Assembly: GCA_030295235.1 (NCBI GenBank)
Contig: AP026145.1
Location: forward strand, 310,001 to 374,000
Reading direction: 5' to 3'
Source: Fistulifera solaris
Taxonomy: Eukaryota
DNA length: 64,000 nt
Made by a program: the position numbers and the translations under genes. The notes below the pieces were generated by a model. It saw only the letters and a program-made list of their open reading frames with translations. It did no database searches and had not been told where the DNA came from. Of the stretch, positions 12,201 to 24,715 are shown one piece after another. How positions within the stretch are numbered: the stretch's first letter is position 1; each line of letters starts with the position of its first letter.

Positions 12201-15200
12201 TCCCTCACAAGCCAAGAAGAAGAGCTGGCGGAAAAGTATCGAGGTATGCTGCGGATGTCCTTTCCATTGGCTGTAGTCAAAAACAAAATGACTAGGGACG
12301 GAGCTAGCCCGAAGATTTTTGCTGCGATTGAATCAATAGCCAATGACTTTCCTCCTGCCTTCATTTCAGCTCAAAGGATGCCTGGGAGTCCCGTCTCTAC
12401 CTTCTCAAGTTCATTCGGCCTCTCGACTACAGAACAAGAGACTGCCGAGGCTTATCGAAAACTTTTAGACAAGCTAGGGAATCCCGAGTCGGTACGGAAG
12501 AAAATGGACGATGCTAAGGTTGACCCAAAAATTGTTGCCCAAGTTTTGGGGGAGGATAACTCAAAGCCGAATTGCCGTTGACTCCCGCGGAGGAAGCTCT
12601 TGTCCAAAGCTATCTGAGAATGTTAAAGATGTCGGTGCCTGAAGAAGCAGTTCGACATAAGATGATCAAGGATGGAGCATCGGAAGCTGTTTCTCGGGCT
12701 GTTTTTAACGTGACGAAGCAAGCTACCAGTACAAACGAATTGAACGCAGAAGAAAAAAGCTATTGCGGAAAAGTTCAAGAAGATGCTTTCGATGGGAGTT
12801 CCCAAAGAAGGAGTTCATCACAAAATGATACGCGAACAAATTTCCCAAAAAGTTATGGATGCGGTGCTGGAAGTGACAAACGAGAGCAAACCGGACGAAC
12901 AAAACACTCCTCCTCTTCCATTTAGTCGGGATACGACTTTGAGCGAAGAAGAGACGTCTCTTGTATCGCAGTATAAGAAGATGCTCAAGCTTCAGATTCC
13001 GAGAGAGCAAGTTCTAGCTAGGATGCAAAAGAGGGTGTCACGGAAAAAGTGATCATTGCTGTCATGGGGAAAAGATTCGGGTCATCTGAATCGACGAAGA
13101 CATTAGATTCAAAAGCATCGGAAGGAACGAGCAGTAATCTTGTGTCATTGCATTGGACACCTTTATCTGGGAAGGATCTTGATGACAGCATCTGGAGTAG
13201 AACAAGTAAGAAGCGTGAAATATCGGCTAAAGTTGTCGGACCAGAGAAAACAGAATTTAACGACCTGATGGAGCTATTTCAAAAGAAGGCGAATACGGGC
13301 AAAATCCGTTCGACGAAAAAGGCTGATGCGGGCAGTGGGTCTGATAAAGCGAAACTTCTTGATATCACCAGATCAAACAACGTGGCTATCAGCTTGAAAG
13401 CATTCAAGGCATTCCCTTTTGAAGAGCTCGCAGAGATTATTTCGTTCTTAGATCCCTTGCGGAAGATACGTGGTGAAAAATGTCAGTTCATTCGTGACAT
13501 TTTGCCGACCAGTACCGAGATCAGAGTTATAAAAGATTACGACGGATGCGATGATCGTCTCGAACCCGCTGAGTTGTGGTTTCGCCATCTGGTCAATATC
13601 CCTCGTCTTGAAGTCAAGGCTCAGATTTTGCGTACTATGGAAATGTTTAACGCTGAAGCCACACTTCTGATGGAATCTTTCGTCATTTTGGACGAAGTGT
13701 GTCATCAGGTCATGAAGAGCGAGAAACTACAGGAGTTACTTGAAATGGTTTTGAACATTGGAAACATAATGAACCAAGGTACTAGAACAGGCGGGGCATC
13801 GGGGTTTAAATTTGACTCTTTGTTGAAACTGACCCAGACCAAGAGTTCAGACGGGAAAACGACAGTACTGGACTTCTTGGTTAACGTCTTCGTATCAAAA
13901 AACCAAAGAGAAGTACTTGATCTTACCTCCGATTTTCCTCGTTGCCGTATTGCAAGCAAAATGATGATTTCTGACTTGTTGAAAGAAGTAAAGAATCTTG
14001 GCGATTCGCTCGAGCAATGCAAGGACGAGCTCGAATCACTCATCAACGAAGAAGAAGGAGACGATGGGACTGAAAATGACGTCGTTGATTTGACCGCAGT
14101 TAATTCTTCCGATCTAGACGACCCCCGGAGTGCATTGCTGTCTGCGATCAAGGCGAAAGGAAACAATGTACCGAAGAAGCCCAAGCGATTTGCTCAGCGA
14201 GATCTTTTTCTTGCGGTTGTTGAAGACAAGAAACCAAAAGACAAGGTCGTCTTGGATGAAATTACTATGAATCGGGAGACTGGAATGAATAGATTACGCC
14301 GTTTCATCGCAGAGGAGACTGAAACTTACGCTAGTCTCATCCAAAAACGAGATCTGGCCCTCAACGCGTGTCGTGACATGTCCAAATACTGCGGCGAAGG
14401 AGGCGGTCATGGTTCAACAGCTCCACTATTGGGTGTGCTTGCTCAATTTGCAGACAACCTTGAAGAGGCTGTCAAAAAATACGACCAACGATTACAAAGA
14501 GAAATGCGTTCCAAAAAGCAAAATAGCGACCAATCCTGCGCATCAAGCGTTCAAACTGTCTCAACTGGGCAAACGGAAGCCAAGAACGCAAAGCGATCTC
14601 TGATTTTGATGGTGAACGAAATGTTAAAAGATGCCAATGAAAGAACAAAAGAGGACTTTACGAAAGGAAGAGTCTACGGAAATCCCAGCAAATCCCTTCA
14701 AGCCATTTACGAGCTAGAAAGTGTTTTGCTTCCTTCGGACAATAGTCCGATACAAGAAGACTCAGGTTCCACTAAGTCAGAAAAAGGCGTTGTAAATAAT
14801 ACAGTCCGTGAGGTTCTTGTGAGGTCGACAGCTACCAATGGAACTTCTCCCAAGAGAACGACTGAAATATCGAGGACGGAAGTCGCACAGGTCAACACAA
14901 CGGCCTCAGCCATCGCTGATTTCTGGAAAAGAAGGAAGTGGTCTCGATGCAAAAGTCTCTGGAGTCTGTACAGCAACGTGAAAGGAATCAAGACGCAACG
15001 GAGACAGACAATGCTTTAAAGCGCAAAGCTTCGCTCGTTTCATCAGCGCTGCAAACACAACCTAGCGAAGACGCGAATGTAGACGAACGGCAGTGCTTAT
15101 CACCGAAGTCACCAAAACAATTGCCATCCGTTGCCGATTCTGTACGAACATTTAGCGGCGTTAAAGAGCAGCCGACAAGAGAGGAAAGCGATGAGACGAT

Positions 15201-15820
15201 GGAAAAGTCAATGCACGTAGAGGATACCCCTCCGCACGAAGAGGCTTTGGTAGAGAAGAAAAAACGATGTCGTTGAAGATTCTCCAGATGACCTTTTGTG
15301 CGAGGGTACAGAGGCAAAGGAGGCAATTCCCGTTTTACCAGATCCTGAAATGAGCAAGGAGTCAACCGGCGTCAGCATTGATGTGAACAAACGTTCTTCT
15401 TCTTCCACTTTAGTTGATCAAGAGCTAGCTAGAATATCTGTATCACCGGAACAGAAAGAAAACGTTGTCCTGCATCCAACAAGAGGGAATGAGAAGACAT
15501 CGGAGACCAAGCCACCTCTCAGTGCCCACCAAAGTTCAAATGAAGTTCTCAAAACAGTGCAGGGCCCTAACATGCCGATGGGCTCACCGACAATAGCGTC
15601 CGAAAAGGGGGAATCGGCCATGATCCGTCTAGCGCGTTTGAAACGAGAGGAGAAAACAAAGATCCGAAAGTCCTTGTCTGAATCACCTCATATCATAAAG
15701 TCACCATTACCGCCGTCAATCAACGAAGGTTCCGCACAACAGGAGAGCGCAATGGTACAATTGGCTCGGCAAATGAGAAAAGACAGGCGATTGAGCGCCA
15801 ACAAACAGGGGAACAAATGA
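9281..15820 (+). CDS. Very large formin-like protein (FH2 domain ~13130-14500) with upstream helical repeats and a PH-like segment
   Basis: ORFs 9281, 10215, 12572, 12783, 13049, 14938 and 15296 chain together through an in-frame intron 10349-10415 and several 1-nt indels. FH2 motifs LHWTPL...SIW, LLDITRSNNVAISL, VLNIGNIMNQG and GFKFDSLLKLTQTKSSDGKTTVLDFL. Confidence 0.8.
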
Positions 15821-16105
15821 ATTGAATAATGAAGTAGTAGGATTTTTGATCAAGTGATTCTTCTTTAGCGTTTATCGATTGAAAGCTAGTGCTACGTTCG
15901 TAGCTTCGTCGATGGCAAAATGGCAAAATAATGGACCTATAGCTGCCTAAGTCATGTCACGAGCATCACACTATCAGTCACGGACGCTCATAAACGTCTC
16001 GTCGACATCTTCATTATTTCGCAGCAAACGATGAACCGAGAAGCAAATCAAGTCATTTATTTCCTTGTAATATCTTGTCTTACTCGTTGATAGGTTCGCA
16101 AATGG

Positions 16106-16942
16106 ATGCTAAGCCTGCTGATGGATTTGCTGGACGATTACGATGACAGCGATAGCAGCGAACCAGAAACCCGTCAAGAAACACGTCTCTCTCACAATGC
16201 GTCGATGATCAATCCGAATGCACCCTGTAAGAAACAGAAAAGAGGACAAGTGACTTTTGTATTGCCCCATGAGCTGTCAAAGCAACAGTTATTTGAGCGC
16301 CAGCAACCGCATGTGTCCGGAAATTGGGCCGGTCATGTGTTTATTACCATCCCCAAAAACATCGACCTCGAGCATGAGCAGCAACGTGCGGCAGATGCGT
16401 GGAAAGAACGCCTCGAAAGGGAGGGATGGACAGGTCCTATGCTTCTTCACAAAGACGAAGAAGGAAAATTGCGGAAAGGAATGCACTTGTCGCTCTCGCG
16501 ACCGTTCTATTTGCAGCGCGGATCGATCGAATCGTTTGTGGAGTCGCTACGTGAACGCTTGAAATATACCGAGAAAGGATGGGTTCGACTCGACTATTCA
16601 GATGAAGGAACAAAACTATTTACAAACGATGATAATAGTCGCACGTTCTTAGTATGGCGAATTGAGGATGTGGAGAACTTCCTGACGTCGCTCGTCAACG
16701 ATATCGATAAGGTCTTAGAGCGTTACGGAGCCGCTCCTTACTATCACCCGCCTCAATTTCATGTGAGTGTAGCGTCAATTCCTGATACTTGTTCTGCAAT
16801 TAAGTTACTCGATAGAAAGTCAGACGAGGACGGCCCAGGAGTAATGGCGATACCGGTGTCAGACATTCATTGCACGTTCGGAACCACAGAACACTTTGTC
16901 ATTCCGCTCGGTACAGTTAAATTATCGGTAGGCCACAGATGA
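16106..16942 (+). CDS. USB1: U6 snRNA phosphodiesterase Usb1/Mpn1 (2H phosphoesterase)
   Basis: PHVSGNWAGHVF, two HxS motifs (MHLSLSR, FHVSVA) and FTNDDNSRTFL. Confidence 0.9.
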   Translation: MLSLLMDLLDDYDDSDSSEPETRQETRLSHNASMINPNAPCKKQKRGQVTFVLPHELSKQQLFERQQPHVSGNWAGHVFITIPKNIDLEHEQQRAADAWKERLEREGWTGPMLLHKDEEGKLRKGMHLSLSRPFYLQRGSIESFVESLRERLKYTEKGWVRLDYSDEGTKLFTNDDNSRTFLVWRIEDVENFLTSLVNDIDKVLERYGAAPYYHPPQFHVSVASIPDTCSAIKLLDRKSDEDGPGVMAIPVSDIHCTFGTTEHFVIPLGTVKLSVGHR

Positions 16943-17101
16943 CCTTTGAATGATTGCTTCTATCAATTGTAGCGTAAATTTCAGTGCGAGAGAGTATTGA
17001 ATGGTCGATGCAAACAGAATGCTGGGGAAGGCAAAGGAGAGAGAATGAGCACGTCTACGTGAGAACGAATGACGCGGCAAGAAAACGTTTTCAATCGCTG
17101 A

Positions 17102-17838
17102 TTACTTACGCGATCCATTGTACATTCCCCCTGACCATCCCATACTACCGATTCCAATCAGAACGCATTCTCCATTCGCACAATCAATGAGTCGAATTTC
17201 ATCGACCATGCTCATCCACAGCAAGCTGGTCCAACCACCGGAACGAATTTTTTGATAGTTGTTATATCGAAGTACTAGTGATTTCTGATCTTTGCGCAGA
17301 GCCGATGTCTCGATTTGATAATCAAAGGCATGATCGAACTCCGTTGTCGATGTTTTGGTTGTAAACTGATTGATGCCTCGATTTTGATCATCTTGAAATG
17401 CCTTTCCGTTCCACCGTCGGCCTTTACTAAACAGTTTATGCGTCAAGAACTGCGATACTTCTGTCTAAGTAACAAAAGAAGGTGATGAGTGTGTCAAATT
17501 CGTTGTCACTTGATTCCTTCCTTCTATTTCATGCCTACCATGATCCATCCATTGTTTTCTAAAAGAACACCATCCCATGCACCCTCAATTTCTGGAATCA
17601 ATGGAACACGAGCCGCTTGTAAAAACAAACTGAGCGATTCCTTGCGCGAGCATTGTTGCAATTGCTGCAGTGCTTCGGCCGCCGTGGCAAATGATACAGA
17701 CAATGATTCCGGAGGAGTCGATCGACAGGCGTGAAATGTACTCCACATATTAAGCGCGGACGATACCGACAATGTAGCAGTTACCGCAAATGCGGCAGTA
17801 ATAAACGCATTGGGAAGAACAAGTAACATGACACGCAA
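17102..17838 (-). CDS. Hypothetical protein with hydrophobic N-terminus
   Basis: Two ORFs joined in frame by GT-AG intron 17538-17465 (…GWIM|TEVSQFLTHKLF…). Conserved-looking motifs WNGKAF, GINQF and MVDEIRL. Exact start is uncertain. Confidence 0.6.
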
Positions 17839-18332
17839 TGTCTATCGAGTGAAGGGATCGATTATAGCAAGTAATAATATTGTTAAATGCAAGAGAATGC
17901 GAGAAATATGAGGGCGGAGAATGTGGCGTGTCAATCAAGCCAAGTCACAGTGTTAGTTGTAATTCGTAATAATCTAATGCTAATAAGTAACGGGTAGCTT
18001 ACACTAACAGGTAAAGTAGACCGTCCGTATGACATCCGTGTATGGGCGTGGCTTTCGCTTTTTCGCTGCATTTCCAACATTTTTTTTCACTCCACACAAA
18101 CGTTTATTTACAATAAACTTCTTGTGGGAACGGAGACATTCCTGTACTTGTGATAAACAGTTGTTCATCAAGCTTTGATTTTCATAACAATTCACTCGTT
18201 CACTTTTCTGTCCCTTGACTTGGTTTCTTCACGAAAAACGACGTTTTCTGTTGCAAACGACGCTATCATGCGTCCTGGTGTTGGGTGTCGCTAAATTGTT
18301 ATTATTGTTGTTTTTATATACATATCACTACC

Positions 18333-19834
18333 ATGCCGGTACTCGACCGAGAACGCCGTTCGACGGCGGGAAAACGCATGACCGAATTGGGCGGTCAAGA
18401 AGCCGAGGATGATGCCGCATTTTGGGGACACGAAACGTGGAATGAGGATTCCGACAATGAGTCGTTTCATTCGTCCGATGAGGACTCGGAAATCAAGAAA
18501 GATGTCTTTGACTCGGATTTTGATGAGAGTGAAAGTGATCGGGAAGAAGAGGATGTCGCTGCGGGTGATGAAGAAGACAAAGAAATTGCTCGTGTTGACA
18601 GGAAACGAAAAGAGTCCAAGTCGACGTATTCGGATGTTGTCGTAGGAAAGTTGGCGAGAGGAAAACGAATGAAAGGTGTGAAGCGAATTATTGGTGATGG
18701 TTTAAACGCTGGAATTGTTCTCAATGCTCCGGGTGTCACTCCTTCTGTTGCTACGCTGGGTCCTGTGGTCACTTCTTCGACAGCGGTGCCAACGGGCAGT
18801 TTATCAACGACGGTAGCATCTTCATTCAAGCCGAAAGTCACTCTGGCGTCGACACGCCCTCGAAGGGCCGACCAGCTTCCGACATCCAGTAAACGAACGA
18901 GAGCAGCGCGAATTGACGCAACGGCAGCCGCAGGTCATGCTTCACTTGCGGCACAACCTCCATTGACGACATCATTATCGTCATCCAGTCCGCAAACGAA
19001 CAACAACAAGAAAAAGAAGCGTCACCGTCATACACAGGAAGAGCTGCTTCTCGAAGCGGCACACGAAACAGAAGGTGAAAATATTCGATGGTTACTTGCA
19101 CGGAAACGATATCAGGAAGAGCAAAAAGACAACGAAGGACGAATGGAAGGCAGAGGGAGAGGGCCCGCGGGGAAACTCATTATGCAATACACTTCGCGGA
19201 GGGGTTATCTGAATACCATTACCTTCCCCGAAATGGACCATGTGCCAGAAATTTTGACTCGTCAGGACTCGCAGGCTACAAAGTATCCGAAACCAACCTA
19301 TTGCGTGATCACTGGGCAAAAGCTCGCTACAAAGACCCACGCACGGGACTGGGTTATTACGATCTGGCAGCTTTCAAGGAACTGCGGAGACGAAGTGACG
19401 CCGGAGAACCACTGGATCAACGAAAACCAAAAGCGCGAGACTCTACCAATGGTAGCAAAGCAAATTCCATTCCAGCGAACGAATCCAAGCCATCCAAATT
19501 AGATACGACCGTCAAGGGTGCCACAGGACCAAACAGTTCAGGATTACACAAAGAGAGCAGCTCTCTTGAAACTGACGCAAAGATTGATAGCTCGCCAAAA
19601 CCATCATCTATTTCAGACGCGATTCGTGCTAATGACCCAGGTACATCGGTTGCCGAACCAGCTGCATCTTCAAATGTTTCTCGACAGCCTGCACCCCGTC
19701 GCCGAAAGCCATCAGCCAAAGTTCGGGCCGCTAAAGACGTCGAGATTGTGACGAATGCTTTTCGAAGTCCATCTCCCGCCACAATCTCTCCATCGATACC
19801 ATCTCAAGTCCCTCAAGAGAACCTTGTGGAGTAA
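18333..19834 (+). CDS. VPS72: SWR1/TIP60 complex subunit Vps72/YL1 (H2A.Z chaperone)
   Basis: RERRSTAGKRMTEL, an acidic tract with DVFDSDFDESE, TQEELLLEAAHETE, and the YL1-C motif CVITG..ARYKDPRTGLGYYDLAAFKELR reached through a 1-nt indel near 19320. Confidence 0.88.
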
Positions 19835-20066
19835 TTCAATATTAGCTAATAAAAAGTTACAAAAATTACAGTGCTATCAGCTCCCACTAGCCACTTTTGT
19901 CATAAACGTATATCTATATAATTTATTAAGAATTATCGGATCACCCATCATTTCTAAAACAAGTTTACGAGAGACTCGATCCGAGTATCCTTGCAATAGC
20001 TTATAAGTACAAAAGACTGCCATAATCAACGAATGTTCAAAATTGACACCAAAGTGAATGGAACAA

Positions 20067-21188
20067 TCATGCGAATCTCGGTCGTTTCCGTTCTGAATCC
20101 GCAATTTTCTCAGATGTCTCTATTGAAGTCTGCGTAGACGAAGACTCTGGGTTTATCGTGGAAATGTCAAATGACAGCTTTCGTTGATTGCTTCCTATAG
20201 GGGCATCCTCGGCATCCGTTACGAGCACATCCTCGTTGATTTGAGCGATCAAATTGATAAACAGACGCTCGTCCTCTTGTAAGTTACTTCTCCCGGCTTT
20301 TTCTAGTTCTATGGATGCTTCTTTGTATTTCAATAAACTCATTTGAATCATTCCCTGCAGTGGCGCCGTATCACTAAAGTTTGCTTTGCTGACCATGGTG
20401 TTCATAAAAGCCGCTCTCGTGTTTCGACCCGTCATTTTGTCGTGTTTCTTTAATATTTTCGAAAAGCCGCAGTACGTCATGATCGCGTAGGTTTCGAGTA
20501 AAACAAGGTCTCGATAGACTTTGAAGGCCGCTCTCGCCATTACTAACCATTTGTCCTCTACTAATGAAAAACCTGATCTTTTCAATATAACAGTACCTTC
20601 CTTCAGTCGGTTCGCTCGAATACGATATTCCTCACATGTGCGACCGTAAAAATGTATGGATTTGCGGAGCTCGGAATGCAGAAACTTGAAAAATTTGACT
20701 TCGGTAGGATGTTTTCCTAGCACATCCGGTGAAGAATGTGCGCTATTCTTTCCGTCTTCACCTTCTATATCCACAGCGACTTTTGAAGCACTTTCAGAGC
20801 TTGATTCGCTTGTTAAACGCGCAAGGCGTGTAGATTCTGAGGGCATAAAAGGAAGATTCGATGGTTGTTGTTCGTTTCCATTATCACCTGCATCTGGGAC
20901 GGGCACATTTGCCGGTAATACAGAAGGCAATGTTTTAATTGTTTTCTGAATTCATAAGGAAAAAGAAAAATCGTTAGCTTCAGTAATGACGAGCATACGA
21001 CGAACACATTATCGGTCTTGTCTCTCTACAGTTGCAACGGCATGACGTCGAAGGAGTTCGTATCAATGCAACAGATTGCACTCTTGCTCTGCAACACGGA
21101 CCTTCAGTAATTTGTATTCCATCCAAAATGGAGCCCATGAGGGATCAGACAATTCTATCACACGCAACAGATTCTTGCAAAACTTCAT
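20067..21188 (-). CDS. Stand-alone SPX-domain protein (phosphate/inositol-pyrophosphate sensor)
   Basis: Exon 1 21188-21102 (MKFCKNLLRVIELSDPSWAPFWMEYKLLK), intron 21101-20946, exon 2 in frame. SPX motifs FFKFLHSELRKSIHFY and LLETYAIMTYCGFSKILKKHDK. Confidence 0.9.
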
Positions 21189-21633
21189 CGCCCCTTTTGT
21201 TTTCTGTTTATGATGACTTTGTTGCTATTGTCGTTGCTGTCTACAAAATGAAGTCGGAGCAGCGACGGAAAAATTGTCTTTTCCATTTTCCACAGAAAAG
21301 TATTGCCGAGAGAACAAGGAGGCGTTTCTGTATACAAAATTAGGAATTAGTACTGTCGATACATACGCAAACCGACAGGTGACGTATTAGCTATGACTGA
21401 AACGGGATTTCCGGTTTCATAAGATGTTAGGCAAAAGACTAGAACGCCCCTAAAAAGGCATCCAGTTTTCAGCCGAGATAATTTCAAACTGTTATAGCTA
21501 TACAGGGCTTCTTGAATAAAACAAGCAATGAAGAAGTGAAATGAAATTTGATTAATGCTCTTAAATATACGTGACATCTGAATGTTTGTAAAGCACAAAT
21601 TATTGCAAAAGCTTGAAGGGTACGATTTACCGC

Positions 21634-22367
21634 TCAAGCAACCGCCGTGTTGATATTATCGGGAGAAACAGTCCAGTATTGTCCGTCTACAAAATACACC
21701 TCGCCATTCGCTAAAGATTTCTGGGCTCCGGATAGACCCCCGATGTATTCTCTTCGCCAAGACCTACCACAGTGATGGTGGTTTGACCCAACGGCAAAGA
21801 GCCATGGCTCATGGAATTGAAGGTTATAACGGACTTGGTGACAGCATCGAGCCCTAATACTAGCTTTTCTGCCGCTTCCAGTACTTCCAAAACTTGTAAA
21901 TCATCCCCGCCCGCAAAGTTAACCACAATGCGAGCACAGTCCGAGGCAGCTCCGGCCGCTGACAAGGCGTCCCGTACAGCATCGAGTGGTGCATAAATAA
22001 TGACCTTATCGGTTGTTTCACCGGGATCCTTGTAAAGCTCTTTGCCCCGTCCCGTAGCGATGATCTTAAAGTTGTCCTTGGGCAGATCCGCTTCGTTGAC
22101 TAACGTCAATTCCGTGTACCTTAATAAATCTTTGACTTGTGGTTCGGCTTTTCCCGGTGCGTGTTTGATGTTTCCAGTCAATTTAATGACAGACTCTTCG
22201 GCCAACCGAACTCCTCCTCGACCGACATCCAGGTCAAAATCCGTGTCATCGGCGGTGATGACGGGCCCGAGTGGACGAAAGTGTTCTCCGCGAAACGTTC
22301 TGTGTAAAGGCTGGAATGCCCGAATCGGACTGACCAGGAAGGTCAACAGTAATAAGGTAGCGATCAT
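21634..22367 (-). CDS. Probable plastid-targeted protein containing an FtsZ C-terminal-like domain but no GTPase domain
   Basis: Signal peptide MIATLLLLTFLVSPIRA-FQP. The segment RIVVNFAGGDDLQVLEVLEAAEKL...ITFNSM...TITVVGLG resembles FtsZ_C. A 1-nt indel in the G-run near 21740 extends it to ...GEVYFVDGQYWTVSPDNINTAVA-stop. Confidence 0.6.
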
Positions 22368-22873
22368 TAGTGCACACAAAGGAAGAGAATGAATTATTGT
22401 CCTCTTTGTCGATGTCTTTCTACGCATGCACTTGTTGCGTGTTATCGCGTCACAAACGTTGCGCGATGATGCGATGATAGAAAACGACAACAACGCGTGG
22501 AAGCTTCTAGCAACGGTCGTCTAGCAGACGGATCTGTGGACAGTACTCAACATTAGACTATGCGTGTCTTACGACACTATTACTATGATCGGTAGAGTAG
22601 ATTACTTTTTTCCAACTGATATTTCCGCTTCGGATCATGTACAGACGACCCTTTCGCTGCCAACCGATGCATTTTTGGAACAAAATGCGCCCCCCCTCGC
22701 TCGTTTTTTCTTTTTTCGCTCGCTTCTCGTCGTCTTTGTGCATTTTCTTTGAAACAAGAAAACAAGGGCAACAACCTTATTATCTCCTACTCTGTGCTTT
22801 CTTGCTGTCATATCCTTGATCGAAGTTAGATCGAGACATTTCGTTCCCTTTTATCAAAGTGTTGCACCTCAGA

Positions 22874-24644
22874 ATGCCGTTATCCGATACCGAAGCCGTC
22901 AAGGCGGCCAAGAAATTACTCAAAAAGCAGACGGAACCTATGAAATTGAGGACATTGGCCAAAGCTGTCATCGAGAAAGTAGATAATGGTACTGATTCGT
23001 CCGTGAAAGAAGTACAGGCTTGGATTCAAAAGAGTGAGAAATTCATTGTGGACGACAAGAAGATTGTATCGCTCAAGCGAAAACGTTCCGAATCTCCCAA
23101 AGACCCACAAGAGGAATGCGAGAAAGCTTCGAAGCACGCTAAAATGGAAACCAGTCAAAAAGCCAGCAGTACAGGATCTGCCGCTTTACTGCAAGATGCT
23201 ACTAGTGTCGCGGGTTGGCGCAAACAGAACAAAATTGTCGTCATGCATACCAAAGACAACGAAGAAGGAAAAGAACAAACGGCACTTCTCGTCAAGGCCA
23301 AAATGTACTTTCCTTACACGTCGTTTGAGCATCCCGATTGCGTGGCGTCAATTGTTGCTCCCCCTCTTGGAACAGTGCGTGTCGGTCAATAAATTCAAAG
23401 CGCCATCGCCGATTCAAGCGCAATCGTGGCCTATTTTAACACAGCCGTCGGACTCGACCGGTCGGAAACGCGATATTGTCGGCATTGCCGAAACGGGAAG
23501 TGGAAAGACTTTGGCGTTTTCGTTACCCATTCTATCCGCCATGTCCGAAAAGAAAGTGTCGGGTCGCCGCTTACCTCGACTGTTGGTCTTGTCGCCGACT
23601 CGCGAATTGGCTATGCAATCCGACCAAGTGTTGCAAGAATTTGGTGAGGTCGTGGGGCTCAAGTCGTTGGTCGTTTACGGAGGAGTGCCAAAGCCGACGC
23701 AGACGTCCGTGTTGAAGAAAGGATACGTGGACTGCATCGTTGCAACTCCGGGTCGCTTGAAAGATCTCATCCACGAAGGATCTTGTGATCTTAGCGCGGT
23801 TGACTTTTTGGTTTTAGATGAAGCTGACCGTATGTTGGATATGGGGTTCGAAGAAGATGTCCGTGAGATCATTTCGTATTGCAAAAGCAAAGACGAAGGC
23901 CGCCAAACTGCCATGTTTTCTGCTACGTGGCCGGCCGCCATTCAAAACATCGCATTAGAGTACATGGTGGATCCCGTTCGGGTCTATGTAGGCTTTGAAT
24001 CCATTGTGGGAAGCAATGGTGACAACGCCGTTGATGATTCGCTGTCAGCCAACAAACGTGTCACCCAAACCGTCGAAGTGATTGAGGACCGCCAGCGTGA
24101 GGCTAGATTACAACAGATCCTTGAAAAGGTCCACGGCAAACGCAACAATCGCGTTTTGATCTTTGCATTATACAAGAAAGAAGCCGAACGTCTCGAGAAT
24201 TCACTACGGCGACAGGGCTGGAATTGCTGTTCGATTCACGGCAACAAAACCCAGGCCGCTCGAACGGCCGCGTTGGCCGAATTCAAAGACGGCACTTGTC
24301 CACTGTTGGTCGCGACCGATGTTGCCGCACGAGGTTTGGATATTCCGAATGTAGAGGCTGTGATCAATTACACATTTCCGTTGACGATTGAAGACTACGT
24401 TCACCGCATCGGCCGAACGGGCCGTGCAGGCAAGCACGGAGTGAGTTACACGTTCTTCCAACCGACCGACAAGTCGCACGCGGGGGAACTCCAGCAAGTC
24501 ATGAAACAAGCTGGACAAGAAGTCCCCGAAGAATTGTTGAAGTTTGGGAGCACCATCAAGAAGAAAGAACACAAGCTATATGGCAACTTCGGTCCCAAGG
24601 ATGCTTCGACGATGAAGAAAGCGACCCGAATTGTTTTCGATTAA
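22874..24644 (+). CDS. DBP3: DEAD-box RNA helicase, Dbp3-like (60S biogenesis), with N-terminal helical extension
   Basis: Q-motif PSPIQ, AETGSGKT, PTRELA, TPGRL, DEAD, SAT, ARGLDIP, HRIGRTGRAG and C-terminal TIKKKEHKLYG typical of Dbp3. Indel near 23365. Confidence 0.85.
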
Positions 24645-24715
24645 AACACTCTTGTTCACTAAGAACTGTATTTGTTGAGCGACCATGAAATTTTCTCTTA
24701 ACACAACCGCATAAT

